64,000 nucleotides of DNA from an uncultured delta proteobacterium (GCA_963803435.1 CAWDML010000009.1:608001-672000), one strand, 5' to 3'; shown: positions 43,165 to 53,677, numbered from the stretch's first letter. Program-made: numbers and translations. The notes: generated by a model from the letters alone, not told the origin.

Positions 43165-45588
43165 GTGGCGCGGTTCATCGGGCGCCACCGAGAGCTCGAT
43201 CGTGTGCGGCGGTGGCTCGGCGGTGGTGAGCGGCTGATCTCGATCGTCGGCCCGCCCGGCATCGGTAAGACCACGCTTGCCCGCCGCATCGCGGACAGCG
43301 CCGAGCACTACCGGGGCGGGGTCCGCGTGGTGGATGTCGGGCATGCGCATACGGCCGAGGCGCTGGCGGTCGCCGTCGCGCACGCTTTTGATCTCGACCT
43401 GACCCGGGACGGCGGACGGGACGTGGTGCAGGAGGTCGGCCGCCGCCTCGCCCACCGCGGCCCCACGCTGATCGTGCTCGACGCGCTCGAGCACGCGTCG
43501 GAGCATGCCGATCGTACGGTGCGCCTCTGGCTGGAGGCGGCGCCGCGCGTCGCGTTCCTGGTCACGTCGCGGGTCGCGCTCCGGCTCCCCAGCGAGATTC
43601 GCTTCGATCTCCCGCCCCTGTTGCACGAGGACGCGCGCCGGCTCTTCGTGGAGCGCGCCCAGGCGATCCGCTCCGACTTCGAGCTCGGGGAGGACGGGCG
43701 GCTCCTCGACGAGGTCCTCGCGCACCTCGACTGCATCCCGCTCGCGATCCTGCTGGCGGCCGGTCGGATGGGTGTGCTCTCGCTCCGGGCGCTGGCCGCA
43801 CGGCTGTCCCGTCGCTTCGACCTCATGCCCGATCTGGGCGGCGCGCTCGAGGACGGGTGGACCTCGCTGTCGGCCGAGGACCGCGCGCTCCTGGTGCAGT
43901 GCGCCGCCTTCCCCGACGGCTTCTTCCTCGACGATGCGGAGGCGGTGATCGACGGGGGCGAGCTGCTCGAACGGCTGGAGAGCCTGCGCGATCGCTCGTT
44001 CATCTGCACGCGCGCCTCCACGGTGGTGCCGGGCGAGGTGCGCTATCTGCTCTACGAGTCGATCCGGGCCTTTGTAATCGAGCGCGCGGGCGGCGAGCTC
44101 CCCGCGGTGGTGGATCGCATCGAGCGCTACTACCTCGACCGTGAGGCACGTTATCGCGAGGGGCCGCTGCGGCTGGCGGCGGAGTACCAAAACCTGATCG
44201 CGATCCATCGCTCAGAGCGGCCCGACCGCGTGGCCCGCGCGGGCGCCATCCTGAACGCGTTCTTCGTCTCGCGCGGTCCGTCGCGCCTGCATCTCGACAT
44301 TCTCGAGCGATCGATCGAGGCCGCGCAGGGGACCGAGCTGGAGGTCGAGCTGCGGCTCCAGGCCGCCGAGGCGCTCCGCATGTACGGGCGCGCCGTGGAT
44401 GCGCGGCGCGCGCTCCCCGACGGCGCCCGCGGCACGTTCGAGGGCGAGAACATCGCCGGAAAGATCTGGTTCTCGCTGGGCGAGCTCGACCAGGCGGGCG
44501 CCTGCTTCGGTCGCGCGCGGGACGCAGCCCCGTCGGATCGAGAGCGTGCGATCGCCGTCGCCAACCTGGGGCTGATCGCGCTGCACCGGACCGACTATTC
44601 GGAGGCCGAGCGGCTGTATCGCTCGGCGTTGGAGTCGCATCGGCGAGCGCAGGATCGTCGCTCCGAGGCCTTGGCGCTGGCCAACCTGGGCATCCTCTTT
44701 CACGAGATCAACGCGCTCGATCAGGCCGAGGCCCACCTCGCCGAGGCCTGGGAGCTGGCGCTCGAGCTCTCCGAGCGCCGCCTGGAGGGCGCGATTCTGG
44801 GAACGCAAGGTATCTTGCATCAGGAGCAGGGCCACCCGGAGGCGGCGAGGGCGGCCTTCACCTCGGCGCTCGGCATCCATCGCGAGGTGGGGGCGGAGGC
44901 CGACGAGGCGATGTTCCTCACCCACCTGGCGATCCTCGACTTCGAGCGGCGCGAGCCGGCGGCCGCCGTCGAGGGGGCGAACGCCGCGCTCCGGCTCGCC
45001 CGCCGGCTGGGCCGCCGCCGTCTCGAGGGCCTGGCGCTGGCCTACCTCGGCTTCTTCGAGGGCTCGCAGGCGAAGCTCGCCGAGGCGCGTCTCATCCTCG
45101 AGCAGGTGAAGGAGCCGGCGCTGCTCGCCGCCTGCGATCGGCTCGCGCACCCGAACGCGGCCCGGGTGAGCGCGGACCTCCCCGCCAGCGAGCTTCGGCT
45201 GGCGAACCGGGTCGTCGACGCCTGGCGCCGCGAGACCGGCGACCTCCCGAAGAGCGACGGGTTCACCGAGCCGCCGCTGGTGGGCCAGGGGGGTACCTGG
45301 CTGTCGGATCGAGGGGGATCGAGGACCGACCTCCGCCGCCGTCCGGTGCTCAGGAAGCTGCTCGCGCACCTGGTCGCGCGCTCGCAGGCGGCGCCGGGTC
45401 GGCCGTGTCCGCTGCCCGAGCTCATGCGGGCGACCTGGCCCGAGCAGAGCGAGCTCAACGATCTGACGCTCAACCGGCTCTACGTCGCGGTGGCGACGCT
45501 CCGGAAGCTGGGACTCAAGGACTGGCTGGTGAAGGAGCCGGACGGCTATTACCTCGACCCGCGGGTCTCGATCGAGGGCGGCGGGTAG
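43165..45588 (+). CDS. STAND/NB-ARC-like ATPase with TPR repeats and C-terminal winged-helix domain
   Basis: FIGRHREL, GPPGIGKTTLA, LIVLDALEH, LVTSR, LDCIPLAILLAAGR; TPRs; C-terminal TWPE...NRLYVAVATLRKLG...GYYL. Confidence 0.8.
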   Translation: MARFIGRHRELDRVRRWLGGGERLISIVGPPGIGKTTLARRIADSAEHYRGGVRVVDVGHAHTAEALAVAVAHAFDLDLTRDGGRDVVQEVGRRLAHRGPTLIVLDALEHASEHADRTVRLWLEAAPRVAFLVTSRVALRLPSEIRFDLPPLLHEDARRLFVERAQAIRSDFELGEDGRLLDEVLAHLDCIPLAILLAAGRMGVLSLRALAARLSRRFDLMPDLGGALEDGWTSLSAEDRALLVQCAAFPDGFFLDDAEAVIDGGELLERLESLRDRSFICTRASTVVPGEVRYLLYESIRAFVIERAGGELPAVVDRIERYYLDREARYREGPLRLAAEYQNLIAIHRSERPDRVARAGAILNAFFVSRGPSRLHLDILERSIEAAQGTELEVELRLQAAEALRMYGRAVDARRALPDGARGTFEGENIAGKIWFSLGELDQAGACFGRARDAAPSDRERAIAVANLGLIALHRTDYSEAERLYRSALESHRRAQDRRSEALALANLGILFHEINALDQAEAHLAEAWELALELSERRLEGAILGTQGILHQEQGHPEAARAAFTSALGIHREVGAEADEAMFLTHLAILDFERREPAAAVEGANAALRLARRLGRRRLEGLALAYLGFFEGSQAKLAEARLILEQVKEPALLAACDRLAHPNAARVSADLPASELRLANRVVDAWRRETGDLPKSDGFTEPPLVGQGGTWLSDRGGSRTDLRRRPVLRKLLAHLVARSQAAPGRPCPLPELMRATWPEQSELNDLTLNRLYVAVATLRKLGLKDWLVKEPDGYYLDPRVSIEGGG

Positions 45589-45589
45589 C

Positions 45590-46039
45590 TCAGAGCCGGA
45601 ACGAGGTCAGGATCGGTTGGAGCTCCTGGTCGAGCCGCGCGCGCTGCCACTCCGCCACCGTCCCCGTGATCTGCGTGAGCACGCCTTCTTCGATGCGGAA
45701 GAGGTGGCGCTGCAGCACGCCGAGCCCCGGCCTCACCTGAAACGACAGCGTGATCGAAGCCCCGGCGGCGCCGTCGGCGAAGACGACCGCGCCCTCATCG
45801 AGGCGCTTCACGCCCGGCACTCCGGCCGAGAACGCCTCGACGAACGCGTCCCGCGCCGCCTCCGGCGCCGTCCGGTCGGTCGCCATGCGCGCCATGGACA
45901 CCGACGCCCGCGGCGCAGGGGGCGCAGCCCGCGCGGACATCGGCGCCCGCACCGCCCGAGCCGCCGGCGCCACCGCCGTCAGCTCGGTCGGGCTCTCGGC
46001 GGATAGGGTCCAATCCGCGGGCACGTCCAAACCAGCCAC
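45590..46039 (-). CDS. Hypothetical protein (DcrB/PsbP-like fold possible)
   Basis: LDVPADW start; QRHLF...QITGT...ILTSFRL end. Confidence 0.5.
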   Translation of the reverse strand: MAGLDVPADWTLSAESPTELTAVAPAARAVRAPMSARAAPPAPRASVSMARMATDRTAPEAARDAFVEAFSAGVPGVKRLDEGAVVFADGAAGASITLSFQVRPGLGVLQRHLFRIEEGVLTQITGTVAEWQRARLDQELQPILTSFRL

Positions 46040-46048
46040 ATCCAGCTC

Positions 46049-46393
46049 CTAGTAGAAGATCACGGACTCCTGCGCCTGCTTCCAGGCGCGCTCGCAGCTC
46101 TGCCGGATGTCCGCCGGGAGCTTCGCGAACGTGCTCTCCGGATGGTCCGCCTTGATGACGTCCGCCACGGTCTTCAGGCCGATGCTCTCGAGGGCCGCCT
46201 GGCCGCGCTGCTTGCTGACGCCGAACAGCACGTAGGCGTCGGCGTCGAGGGCCATCTTCTCGACGTCGATGCTCTTGGCGCCGCGCGCCTCTGCAGCCTC
46301 GATCTTCCGCTGAAACGAAGGATCGAAGGCCTGCTTCAGGTGCTCCATCGTGTACGCGGGTGAATCCGGATCGAATCTAATTCCTGCCACCAT
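46049..46393 (-). CDS. Small protein with helix-hairpin-helix-like motif
   Basis: GGAG RBS before ATG 46393; LFGVSKQRGQAALESIGLKTVADVIKAD. Confidence 0.6.
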   Translation of the reverse strand: MVAGIRFDPDSPAYTMEHLKQAFDPSFQRKIEAAEARGAKSIDVEKMALDADAYVLFGVSKQRGQAALESIGLKTVADVIKADHPESTFAKLPADIRQSCERAWKQAQESVIFY

Positions 46394-46472
46394 GATTGTG
46401 ATCTCCCTTGCGAGGCTGGTTATCGCCGCCTCGTAAGGGTGGTGCCTTAGGACGGTCTTAAAAGGGATTTGG

Positions 46473-47879
46473 TTAGACGGCCTGGCCGAGCGCGGGATTG
46501 GTCTCGGGCTCGTCGCCGATCTCGAGCCAGGCCACCACGGTCTGGGCCGGAACGTCGAGCGTCTGGGCGACGGCTTCGGCGGGGGTGCCCTTCTGGTGGA
46601 GGCGCCGGGCCACGGCCCCGAGCCACTTCGAGTTCTCCGCGTTCTGCTCCAAGGGGAGGACATTGGAGCGACGGGGGGCGCGGCGGAGCCAGCGGGTGAG
46701 CGTGCTCCGGGGGACAGCGAGCACGTCGGCGACCTCCCGGATGGACCGGCCCTGCTTGGACAGGCGGGTGGCCACGTGGACCAGGCGGCGCTTCTCCATC
46801 GCGGTGTAGGCCGGGCGCGCAGGGGCCTTCCTGCTCCCGGTGCGCGTCGCCGGCGCGACGGTCCCGGTGGGCTCCGCAGGCTCGGGGAGCGGGTCGTCCG
46901 GGATCGGCGCGGGGGTGGGCACGATGGGCTGGGCGGCGGCGGCCGGCATCGGGCTCGGGACCAAGAGGACGCCGAGACACGCGATCACCACCAGGAGGAT
47001 CTCGATGGCGAGGCTGGCGAAGAGCGCCGAGAGGCTCTCGGTGCGGAGGGCGAGCAGGTCCTTGATGCCGGCCAGGCGCTCGGGTGTGGCGGCGCGGAGC
47101 GCGGGCGGCGCGGGCGCGGCGGTGAAGGCGACCTGGGTCCAGTCCTCGGGGAGGTAGCGCTCGCCGCGCCAGGGTTTGAGGAACTCGGCGGTCTCGACCA
47201 GGATCCGCTCGACCAGCGGGTCGGTCGCGGTGGCCCGATCGAGGACGGTCTGGGCGCAGCGGATGTCCTCCACGGGACAGCGCTCCAGGTCAGCGGTGAG
47301 GGCGTCGAGCCGGGCGATGAGGCCCTCGAGCTCGGAAACCCGATCGGTGAGGCCGCGGCAGAGGGTGAAGCAGCCGCTCTGGCCCGAGATCCGGCCCTCG
47401 CGCTCGTCGTCCCTCAACCGGGCCAGGCGCTGGTCGCGGGCCCGCGCGAAGCTGGCGCGCTCGGCGAGCTGCCCGGCGACCTTGGAGCCGAACATCATCG
47501 CCTCGGCCTCGTGGTGCTCGGTTAGGCTGAGCCTCCGGGTATCGGAGAGCCGCTGGTCGAAGGCGAGATAGCTGCCAGCGACGCTGAAGAACGCACCGAT
47601 GAACCAGAGCGCGGCGCACGTCACGAGGAGGCCGATGCCGCGGACCCACGAGCTGTCCCGGTCGATCCGCCCGGTGAACCGGCTGAAGAACAGCCAGGAG
47701 GCGCTGACGATGATCATCTGGAGGACGATCGAGACCACGTACGCGACCACGAGGCTGCCCGGCAGGATCATCGCCAGGCCGAAGGCGGTCGTCTTGATGC
47801 TGACCGCGGAGAGGATCGCGCACGCGGCGTACGTGCCGAAGCGGAGGAGCGTGCGGATGCGATCGGGAGCCGGCGTCAT
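46473..47879 (-). CDS. Multi-pass membrane protein with two C-terminal HTH motifs
   Basis: Three N-terminal TM helices, soluble domain, fourth TM, Pro-rich linker, GRSIREVADVLAVPRSTLTRWL and GTPAEAVAQTLDVPAQTVVAWL. Confidence 0.7.
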   Translation of the reverse strand: MTPAPDRIRTLLRFGTYAACAILSAVSIKTTAFGLAMILPGSLVVAYVVSIVLQMIIVSASWLFFSRFTGRIDRDSSWVRGIGLLVTCAALWFIGAFFSVAGSYLAFDQRLSDTRRLSLTEHHEAEAMMFGSKVAGQLAERASFARARDQRLARLRDDEREGRISGQSGCFTLCRGLTDRVSELEGLIARLDALTADLERCPVEDIRCAQTVLDRATATDPLVERILVETAEFLKPWRGERYLPEDWTQVAFTAAPAPPALRAATPERLAGIKDLLALRTESLSALFASLAIEILLVVIACLGVLLVPSPMPAAAAQPIVPTPAPIPDDPLPEPAEPTGTVAPATRTGSRKAPARPAYTAMEKRRLVHVATRLSKQGRSIREVADVLAVPRSTLTRWLRRAPRRSNVLPLEQNAENSKWLGAVARRLHQKGTPAEAVAQTLDVPAQTVVAWLEIGDEPETNPALGQAV

Positions 47880-47950
47880 GACGGGTTTTTCGCGGAGGAT
47901 GGTAGTCCGCCCGCGATCCTTCCATCAACCTCGGGCTGAGCACCCGTGGG

Positions 47951-49051
47951 TCAAAGTGCGAGCGCGTCCTCGATCTCCTCGAAGATGCGGCGGCGCCATT
48001 GCACGAAGGTGCTCTCACCGTGGAGCATGGCGGTGGTCTCCGTGAGGACGGCTCCGACATCGAGGAGCCCGCACTGGGGATCGCTCGCCACCGGCTCGAG
48101 GATGGCCGCGGGGAGGTGGGGCGGGGGCATCCACGCGGCCATCTTGGCCGACCGACCTCTGAGCAGCCCGGCGACGGCCGCGTTCGCGAGCCGGCTCGCC
48201 AGCAGCCGATCCTGGGCCGAGGGCCGGCCGCCGCGGACCACGTGGCCCAGGACCGTCACGCGCGTCTCGATCTTCGGCGTGGGCACGCCGAGGTCGCCCG
48301 CGAGCCGCGCGTCGACCTGCAGCTTGAGTTGGTCCGCCGAGATCGGCACGCCCTCCGCCTTGATCACCAGCACCCGCTTACTCCGGTGCGCCCGCGACTG
48401 CGCCTGGAGGATCGTGCGCGCCAGCTGATCCACGATCTGCTCCGGCGTCTTGCCGGCCTCCGGGAAGAGCACGGCGTCCGCGCCGGCGGCGATCGCAGCG
48501 GTCATCGCCAGGTAGCCGCAGTCGCGCCCCATGACCTCGACGATGAAGGTGCGATCGTGGGCCGAGGCGGTGTCGGAGATCTTGTCGCACGCGTCGACGA
48601 TCGTGTTCACCGCGGTATCCACGCCGATCGAGAGCCGGGTGTAGCCGAGGTCGTTGTCGATCGACGCCGGGATGCCGATCGCGGCGAGGGGGGTCGCGCA
48701 CTCCGCCGGATCGATCAACCGCTGCATGCCGCTCAGCGATCCGTTGCCGCCGATGACGAGGAGCCCGTCGATCCCGCGGGCCGCCAGGTGGGCCCGCGCC
48801 CGATCGCGGCCCTCGCGCGCGAGGAAGTCGAGGCATCGCGCCGACCCCAGGATCGTCCCGCCGTCCCGGATGATGCCGGCGACGTCGCCGGGGAGGAGCG
48901 GCGCCAGCTGGTCGTCGAGCAGCCCCTGATACCCGTGCTGGACCCCGAAGACCTCGCAGCCCCTCGCCGTCGCCAGCAGCGTCCCGGCGCGGATGGCGGC
49001 GTTCATGCCGGGCGCGTCGCCGCCGCTGGTGAGGATCGCCAGTCGCTTCAT
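47951..49051 (-). CDS. pfkA: ATP-dependent 6-phosphofructokinase
   Basis: LTSGGDAPGMNAAIR, GGTILGSARC, IGGNGS, PASIDND, VEVMGRDCG, LGHVVRGG. Confidence 0.95.
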   Translation of the reverse strand: MKRLAILTSGGDAPGMNAAIRAGTLLATARGCEVFGVQHGYQGLLDDQLAPLLPGDVAGIIRDGGTILGSARCLDFLAREGRDRARAHLAARGIDGLLVIGGNGSLSGMQRLIDPAECATPLAAIGIPASIDNDLGYTRLSIGVDTAVNTIVDACDKISDTASAHDRTFIVEVMGRDCGYLAMTAAIAAGADAVLFPEAGKTPEQIVDQLARTILQAQSRAHRSKRVLVIKAEGVPISADQLKLQVDARLAGDLGVPTPKIETRVTVLGHVVRGGRPSAQDRLLASRLANAAVAGLLRGRSAKMAAWMPPPHLPAAILEPVASDPQCGLLDVGAVLTETTAMLHGESTFVQWRRRIFEEIEDALAL

Positions 49052-49160
49052 CGACCAGGTTCTAGGTGATCGGTCGGTCGCAGGGCATCGGAAAGATCCG
49101 TTCTCATCGACATTCGTGCTCCCCGACACCAACTGAACCGGCGAGCCGTGTCGTTTCCGA

Positions 49161-52100
49161 TCAATCGAAGCGCCGGATCAGGTACCCGCGGCTGATCCGC
49201 CGGAAGCCGGCCGCCTCCAGGCGCTCCGGCCAGGCCGTCTCCTTCACCGGCGCGCCGTCGATCCGCTCGATCATCACCGCGTTGCGCTCGCCGGAGCGGG
49301 CCCAGCGGGCGAGGGCCTCGGCGACCGCGGTGGCGCGGGTGAGGTCGTCGCCGGTGAAGGTGAGGAGCGAGGTCTCGCTCTTGCCCACCCACGCCAGGAG
49401 CTCGCCGTTTTGCAGGATGACTTGCGCTCCGGCGGCGCGCTGAGGGTGGGCGCCCTCGCGAGGGGGCCAGGGGATGCAGGCGCCGTACGGGTTGGCGGGG
49501 TCGGTGGCGGCCAGCAGGATCGCGGGCCCGGCGGAGGCGCCCGCCAGCGCCCGGAGGCGATCGTCGGCGCCGGCCATCGCGAACTGGGTGGCGCCGAGAT
49601 CGGCGAGGAAGTAGCCGCGGCGCACGCGGCCGCGCTCCTCCATCGCCTTGAGGATCGGGTAGATGCTGGAGAAGCCGCCCGGGAGCGATTCGGCCTCCAC
49701 CGCCTCGCGCGTGAGCACGCCGTAGCGGGCCAGCAGCTGCCGGGCGAGGGCCGTACGGCGCTCGGTGACCGTGGCGAGAGCCTCGGGATCGGGCAACAGC
49801 GACCAGCGCCCCTCGGAGCCGGGCGGTCCGCGCCGCCGCGAGCGGAAGCGTCCGCGCGCGCTCTTGGTCGCGGGCCTGTCGCCGGCCAGGAGCGAGCGCA
49901 GCGGGGCAGGCGTGTCGTTGCTGATCTCGCCGCTGAACACGAGCGCCCAGAGCACCGCCACCAGATCGTTGGCAAAGGCCCGGGTCTTGGCGACGAGCTC
50001 CGAGAAGAACTGCGCTCCGGCGGTCTCGAGCAGCGCGCGCACCCGATCCGCCAGCTCGCCTTCCACGTGGCCCCGCGCCGGCGCCAGCTCCGCGTAGTGG
50101 TCGGCGAGGTACAGCGCGATGCGCGCGTCCTTGTCGCCGATGCGCTCGACACCGCGCCACACGATCTCGCCGGCAGCGCACAGCTCGTCGAGCATGGCCG
50201 GACGGAAGTCGGCGATGCGCGCCGGCAGGATCTCGGCCTCCAGCGCCGAGGCCGGCAGCGGTGCGCCTTGGAGCTGCTCCAGGGTGTCGAGCAGCGCGTC
50301 CAGCCCGAGGCGCGGCACCGCGACGCCCTGGTACTCGACGAGCCAGCGCCCGAGCGCCCGCGGCGGCTGGGGCTCCACCTGCTTCTTGAGCTTGGCCAGC
50401 GAGATCCGCTTGAGCGCCCTCAGCACCTCCGGGTCGCACCACTCCTCGCCCTGGCCGTCGGGGAGGAACTCGCCCGCGACTGCGCGCTCCTCCTCGGCGA
50501 GCTCGCGGAGCGCCAGCTCCACCGCGGCCATGCCGATCCCGTAGCGCGCCGCCACCGCCTGGGCGCGGAAAGGCCCGTGGGTGCGGGCGTAGCGGGCCAC
50601 CAGCTCGGTGAGCGCGTTCGGCGCCGGGGCGAGGAGCGACTCGGGGAGGCCGTCGGGCAAGGGCAGCCCGAGGGCGTCGCGGTACCGCGCCGCGTCCTCC
50701 ACCGCGATCAGGCGCTCCGTGCCGGCGATGACCAGCGGGAGGACGCGGCCGGCCGCGACCAGGGCGTCGGCCCAGGCCGGAGCCGCGCTTCGATCCTCGG
50801 CGCGCTCCAGGATCTCGGGCAGGCTCAGATCGCCGAGCGACAGCAACAGGTCGTTGAGCCCGTCGGCGTGGCGTACCGCGAAGTGCAGGTCGAGGTGCTG
50901 GAGGCGCCGCCCGTGCTCGACGAGGGCGGCCGGGTCGAGCAGCTCCCGGAGCTCGGCCTCGCCCAGGAGCTCGCGGAGCTGGGCGTGATCGATGGTGAGC
51001 GCCTGCGCGCGCCGCTCGGCCAGGGGCGCGTCGGTGTCATAGACGAAGTTGCCGACATATGTGAACAGGAGCGCCGAGGCGAACGGGGAGGGCGCCTTGG
51101 TCCGCACCGAGGCCACCTGAAGCTGTTGGGTCTCGATCTGGCGGAGGATCGCCTCGAGGCTCTCGAGATCGAAGTCGTCCGAGAGACACTCGCGGTACGC
51201 CTCGAGCACGACCGGGAAGTCCGGGAAGTGGGCGGCCACGCCCAGCAGGTCGGCGGCGCGGCGTCGCGTGGCCCACAACGGCGAGCGCTGCCCGGGCCGG
51301 CGCTTCGGCAACAGCAGCGAGCGCCCGGCCGCCTCCCGGAAGCGGGCCGCGAAGAGCGCGGTCTCGCCGAGGCTCCGCACGATCAGATCGCGGACCTCGT
51401 CTGCGGGCGGGAAGAAGAGCGCGCTCTCCGGTGGCTCGTCCGCCGCCGGCAGCCGGAAGGCGATGCCGTCGTCGGTCCACATCAGGTCGACGTCGCGCTC
51501 CGAGAGATGCGCGAGCCGCGAGCGCACCGCGGTGGCCCAGGGCGCGTGCACCCGGCCGCCGAAGGGGGTCAGGATGCAGATGCGCCAGTCGCCGACCTCA
51601 TCGAGGAAGCGCTCGAGGACCACGGTACGATCGCTCGGGATCACGCCGGTCGCCTCGCGCTGAGCCGCCAGGTAGTCGAGCAGGTTTCGGGCGGCCCGGC
51701 GGTCGAGCCGGCGCTCGTCCACCAGCAGGGCGACTGCCGCCTCCTCGGGCATCGCCGAGAGCTCCCGGGCCAGCGCCCCGATGGCCCGGCCCAGCTCGGC
51801 GGGACGGCCCGGCCCGTCGCCGCGCCAGAAGGGCATGCGCCCCGGCTCGCCCGGCGCCGGCGTCACCATCACTCGGTCGTGATCGATCTCCTCGATGCGC
51901 CACGACGAGGCGCCCAAGAGGAAGACGTCGCCGGGCTTGGACTCGAAGACCATCTCCTCGTCCAGCTCACCCACGCGCCGCGACTTGCCGCCCTCGTCGT
52001 CGGCGAGGAACACGCCGAAGAGGCCGCGGTCGGGGATGGTGCCGCCGTTGATCACCGCGATCCGACGAGCGCCCTGGCGCGGCAGCAGCAGGCCGGCCTT

Positions 52101-53621
52101 GCGATCGTAGGTCAGGCGCGGCCGCAGGTCCGCGAAGCGGTCGGAGGGATAGCGGCCCGAGAGCATGTCGAGGACGCCGTCGAAGCTCCTCCGCGGCAGC
52201 TCGGCGTAGGGGGCGGCGCGACGGACCAGCCCGAAGAGGCGCTCGACCTCGATCGACTCCTCGGCCGCCACCTGGGCCACGATCTGCTGGGCCAGCACGT
52301 CGAGCGGGTTCCGCGGGTAGCGGCTGGCCTCCACCTCGCCGCGCTGCATGCGCTCCACCGCCGCCGCGCAGGCCAGCAGGTCGCCGCGGAACTTGGGGAA
52401 CACCCTGCCCTTCGAGGTGGCGCCCACCTGGTGCCCGGCCCGCCCGATGCGCTGCAGCCCGCTGGCCACCGAGGGCGGGGCCTCGATCTGGATCACCAGA
52501 TCGATGGCGCCCATGTCGATGCCGAGCTCGAGCGAGGAGGTGGCCACCAGTGCCGGCAGGTCGCCCGACTTGAGGCGCGCCTCGATCATCAGCCGCGTGT
52601 CCTTGGCGATCGATCCGTGGTGCGCCAGCGCGATCGGCGCCTTCGCCAGATCGTTGAGCGCGGTGGCGAGGCGCTCGGCGAGCGCCCGGTTGTTCACGAA
52701 GATCAGCGTGCTGGTGTGGGCGCGGATGAGCTCCACCAGGCGCGGGTGGATCGAGGGCCAGATCGATCGGGGCCGCTCGTCGCCGGACTCCGGATCCGCC
52801 GCCGCCTCGAGCTTGGCCATGTCCTCCACCGGCACCTCGACCGACAGCTCGAGCCGCTTCGTCCGGCCCGCGTCGACGATCTCCACCGGCCGCGGACGCC
52901 CCTCGCGATCGAACCCGCCCAGCAGGCTGGCCACCTCCTCCAAGGGTCGCTGCGTGGCCGAGAGCCCGATCCGCTGCAGCGCGCCCGCGCCCGCGCCGCG
53001 CAGCTCCTCGAGGCGCTCGAGAGAGAGGAACAGGTGCGCGCCCCGCTTGCTGGAGACCATCGAGTGGATCTCGTCGACGATCACCGTCTCCACGGTGGCC
53101 AGGGTCTCCTTCGCGTTGGAGGTCAACAGCAGGTAGAGCGACTCGGGGGTGGTGATCAGGATGTCCGGCGGCGTGCGCGAGAGCCGCGCCCGCTCGGCGC
53201 TGGGCGTGTCGCCCGACCGCACGCCTACGGTGATGCGGCGGAAGTCGGCGCCGTCCTCGCGGGCGGCCGCCTCGATGCCGGCGATGGGGACCTCGAGGTT
53301 CCGGTGCACGTCGACGCCGAGCGCCTTGAGCGGCGAGATGTAGAGGACGCGCAGCCGTTCGCGCTTGGCCGGCACCTTTGTGAAGCTGAGCCGGTTGATC
53401 GCCGCCAGGAACGCGGCCAGCGTCTTGCCCGACCCGGTAGGCGCGAGCAGGAGCGTGGAGCGGCCCGCAGCGATGGGCGGCCAGCCCTGGACCTGGGCGT
53501 CGGTCGGTGCGCCGAACGTGCGCTCGAACCAGCGCCGCGCCGAAGGATGGAGGAAGCCGAGGCTCAATCGAGACTCCCGGGGATCCCTCCCCGTACCACG
53601 CTCGACGGCTCCGGTCTCCAC
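49161..53621 (-). CDS. lhr: Full-length Lhr-family SF2 helicase
   Basis: APTGSGKT, ITTPESL, VDEIH, GLSAT, HHGS, ATSSLELGIDMG, QRIGRAGH, GGTIPDRG, VGELDEEMV; extended C-terminal domain; exact start uncertain. Confidence 0.93.
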   Translation of the reverse strand: METGAVERGTGRDPRESRLSLGFLHPSARRWFERTFGAPTDAQVQGWPPIAAGRSTLLLAPTGSGKTLAAFLAAINRLSFTKVPAKRERLRVLYISPLKALGVDVHRNLEVPIAGIEAAAREDGADFRRITVGVRSGDTPSAERARLSRTPPDILITTPESLYLLLTSNAKETLATVETVIVDEIHSMVSSKRGAHLFLSLERLEELRGAGAGALQRIGLSATQRPLEEVASLLGGFDREGRPRPVEIVDAGRTKRLELSVEVPVEDMAKLEAAADPESGDERPRSIWPSIHPRLVELIRAHTSTLIFVNNRALAERLATALNDLAKAPIALAHHGSIAKDTRLMIEARLKSGDLPALVATSSLELGIDMGAIDLVIQIEAPPSVASGLQRIGRAGHQVGATSKGRVFPKFRGDLLACAAAVERMQRGEVEASRYPRNPLDVLAQQIVAQVAAEESIEVERLFGLVRRAAPYAELPRRSFDGVLDMLSGRYPSDRFADLRPRLTYDRKAGLLLPRQGARRIAVINGGTIPDRGLFGVFLADDEGGKSRRVGELDEEMVFESKPGDVFLLGASSWRIEEIDHDRVMVTPAPGEPGRMPFWRGDGPGRPAELGRAIGALARELSAMPEEAAVALLVDERRLDRRAARNLLDYLAAQREATGVIPSDRTVVLERFLDEVGDWRICILTPFGGRVHAPWATAVRSRLAHLSERDVDLMWTDDGIAFRLPAADEPPESALFFPPADEVRDLIVRSLGETALFAARFREAAGRSLLLPKRRPGQRSPLWATRRRAADLLGVAAHFPDFPVVLEAYRECLSDDFDLESLEAILRQIETQQLQVASVRTKAPSPFASALLFTYVGNFVYDTDAPLAERRAQALTIDHAQLRELLGEAELRELLDPAALVEHGRRLQHLDLHFAVRHADGLNDLLLSLGDLSLPEILERAEDRSAAPAWADALVAAGRVLPLVIAGTERLIAVEDAARYRDALGLPLPDGLPESLLAPAPNALTELVARYARTHGPFRAQAVAARYGIGMAAVELALRELAEEERAVAGEFLPDGQGEEWCDPEVLRALKRISLAKLKKQVEPQPPRALGRWLVEYQGVAVPRLGLDALLDTLEQLQGAPLPASALEAEILPARIADFRPAMLDELCAAGEIVWRGVERIGDKDARIALYLADHYAELAPARGHVEGELADRVRALLETAGAQFFSELVAKTRAFANDLVAVLWALVFSGEISNDTPAPLRSLLAGDRPATKSARGRFRSRRRGPPGSEGRWSLLPDPEALATVTERRTALARQLLARYGVLTREAVEAESLPGGFSSIYPILKAMEERGRVRRGYFLADLGATQFAMAGADDRLRALAGASAGPAILLAATDPANPYGACIPWPPREGAHPQRAAGAQVILQNGELLAWVGKSETSLLTFTGDDLTRATAVAEALARWARSGERNAVMIERIDGAPVKETAWPERLEAAGFRRISRGYLIRRFD

Positions 53622-53677
53622 GATGTCCGTGCTCCGGCCTTGACCTCTCCCACCTCCCGCCCGTACTCCCGGCGCCC

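Noticed and set aside
46049-46663. 204-aa version of the HhH-like gene
   Set aside because: Overlaps the upstream gene; a good RBS and ATG lie at 46393.
46473-46800. HTH motifs as a transposase remnant
   Set aside because: In frame with a membrane protein; no DDE domain or terminal repeats.
49161-53621. Lhr as part of a defence system
   Set aside because: Full-length housekeeping-type Lhr flanked by pfkA and scpB, with no nuclease or methylase partners.
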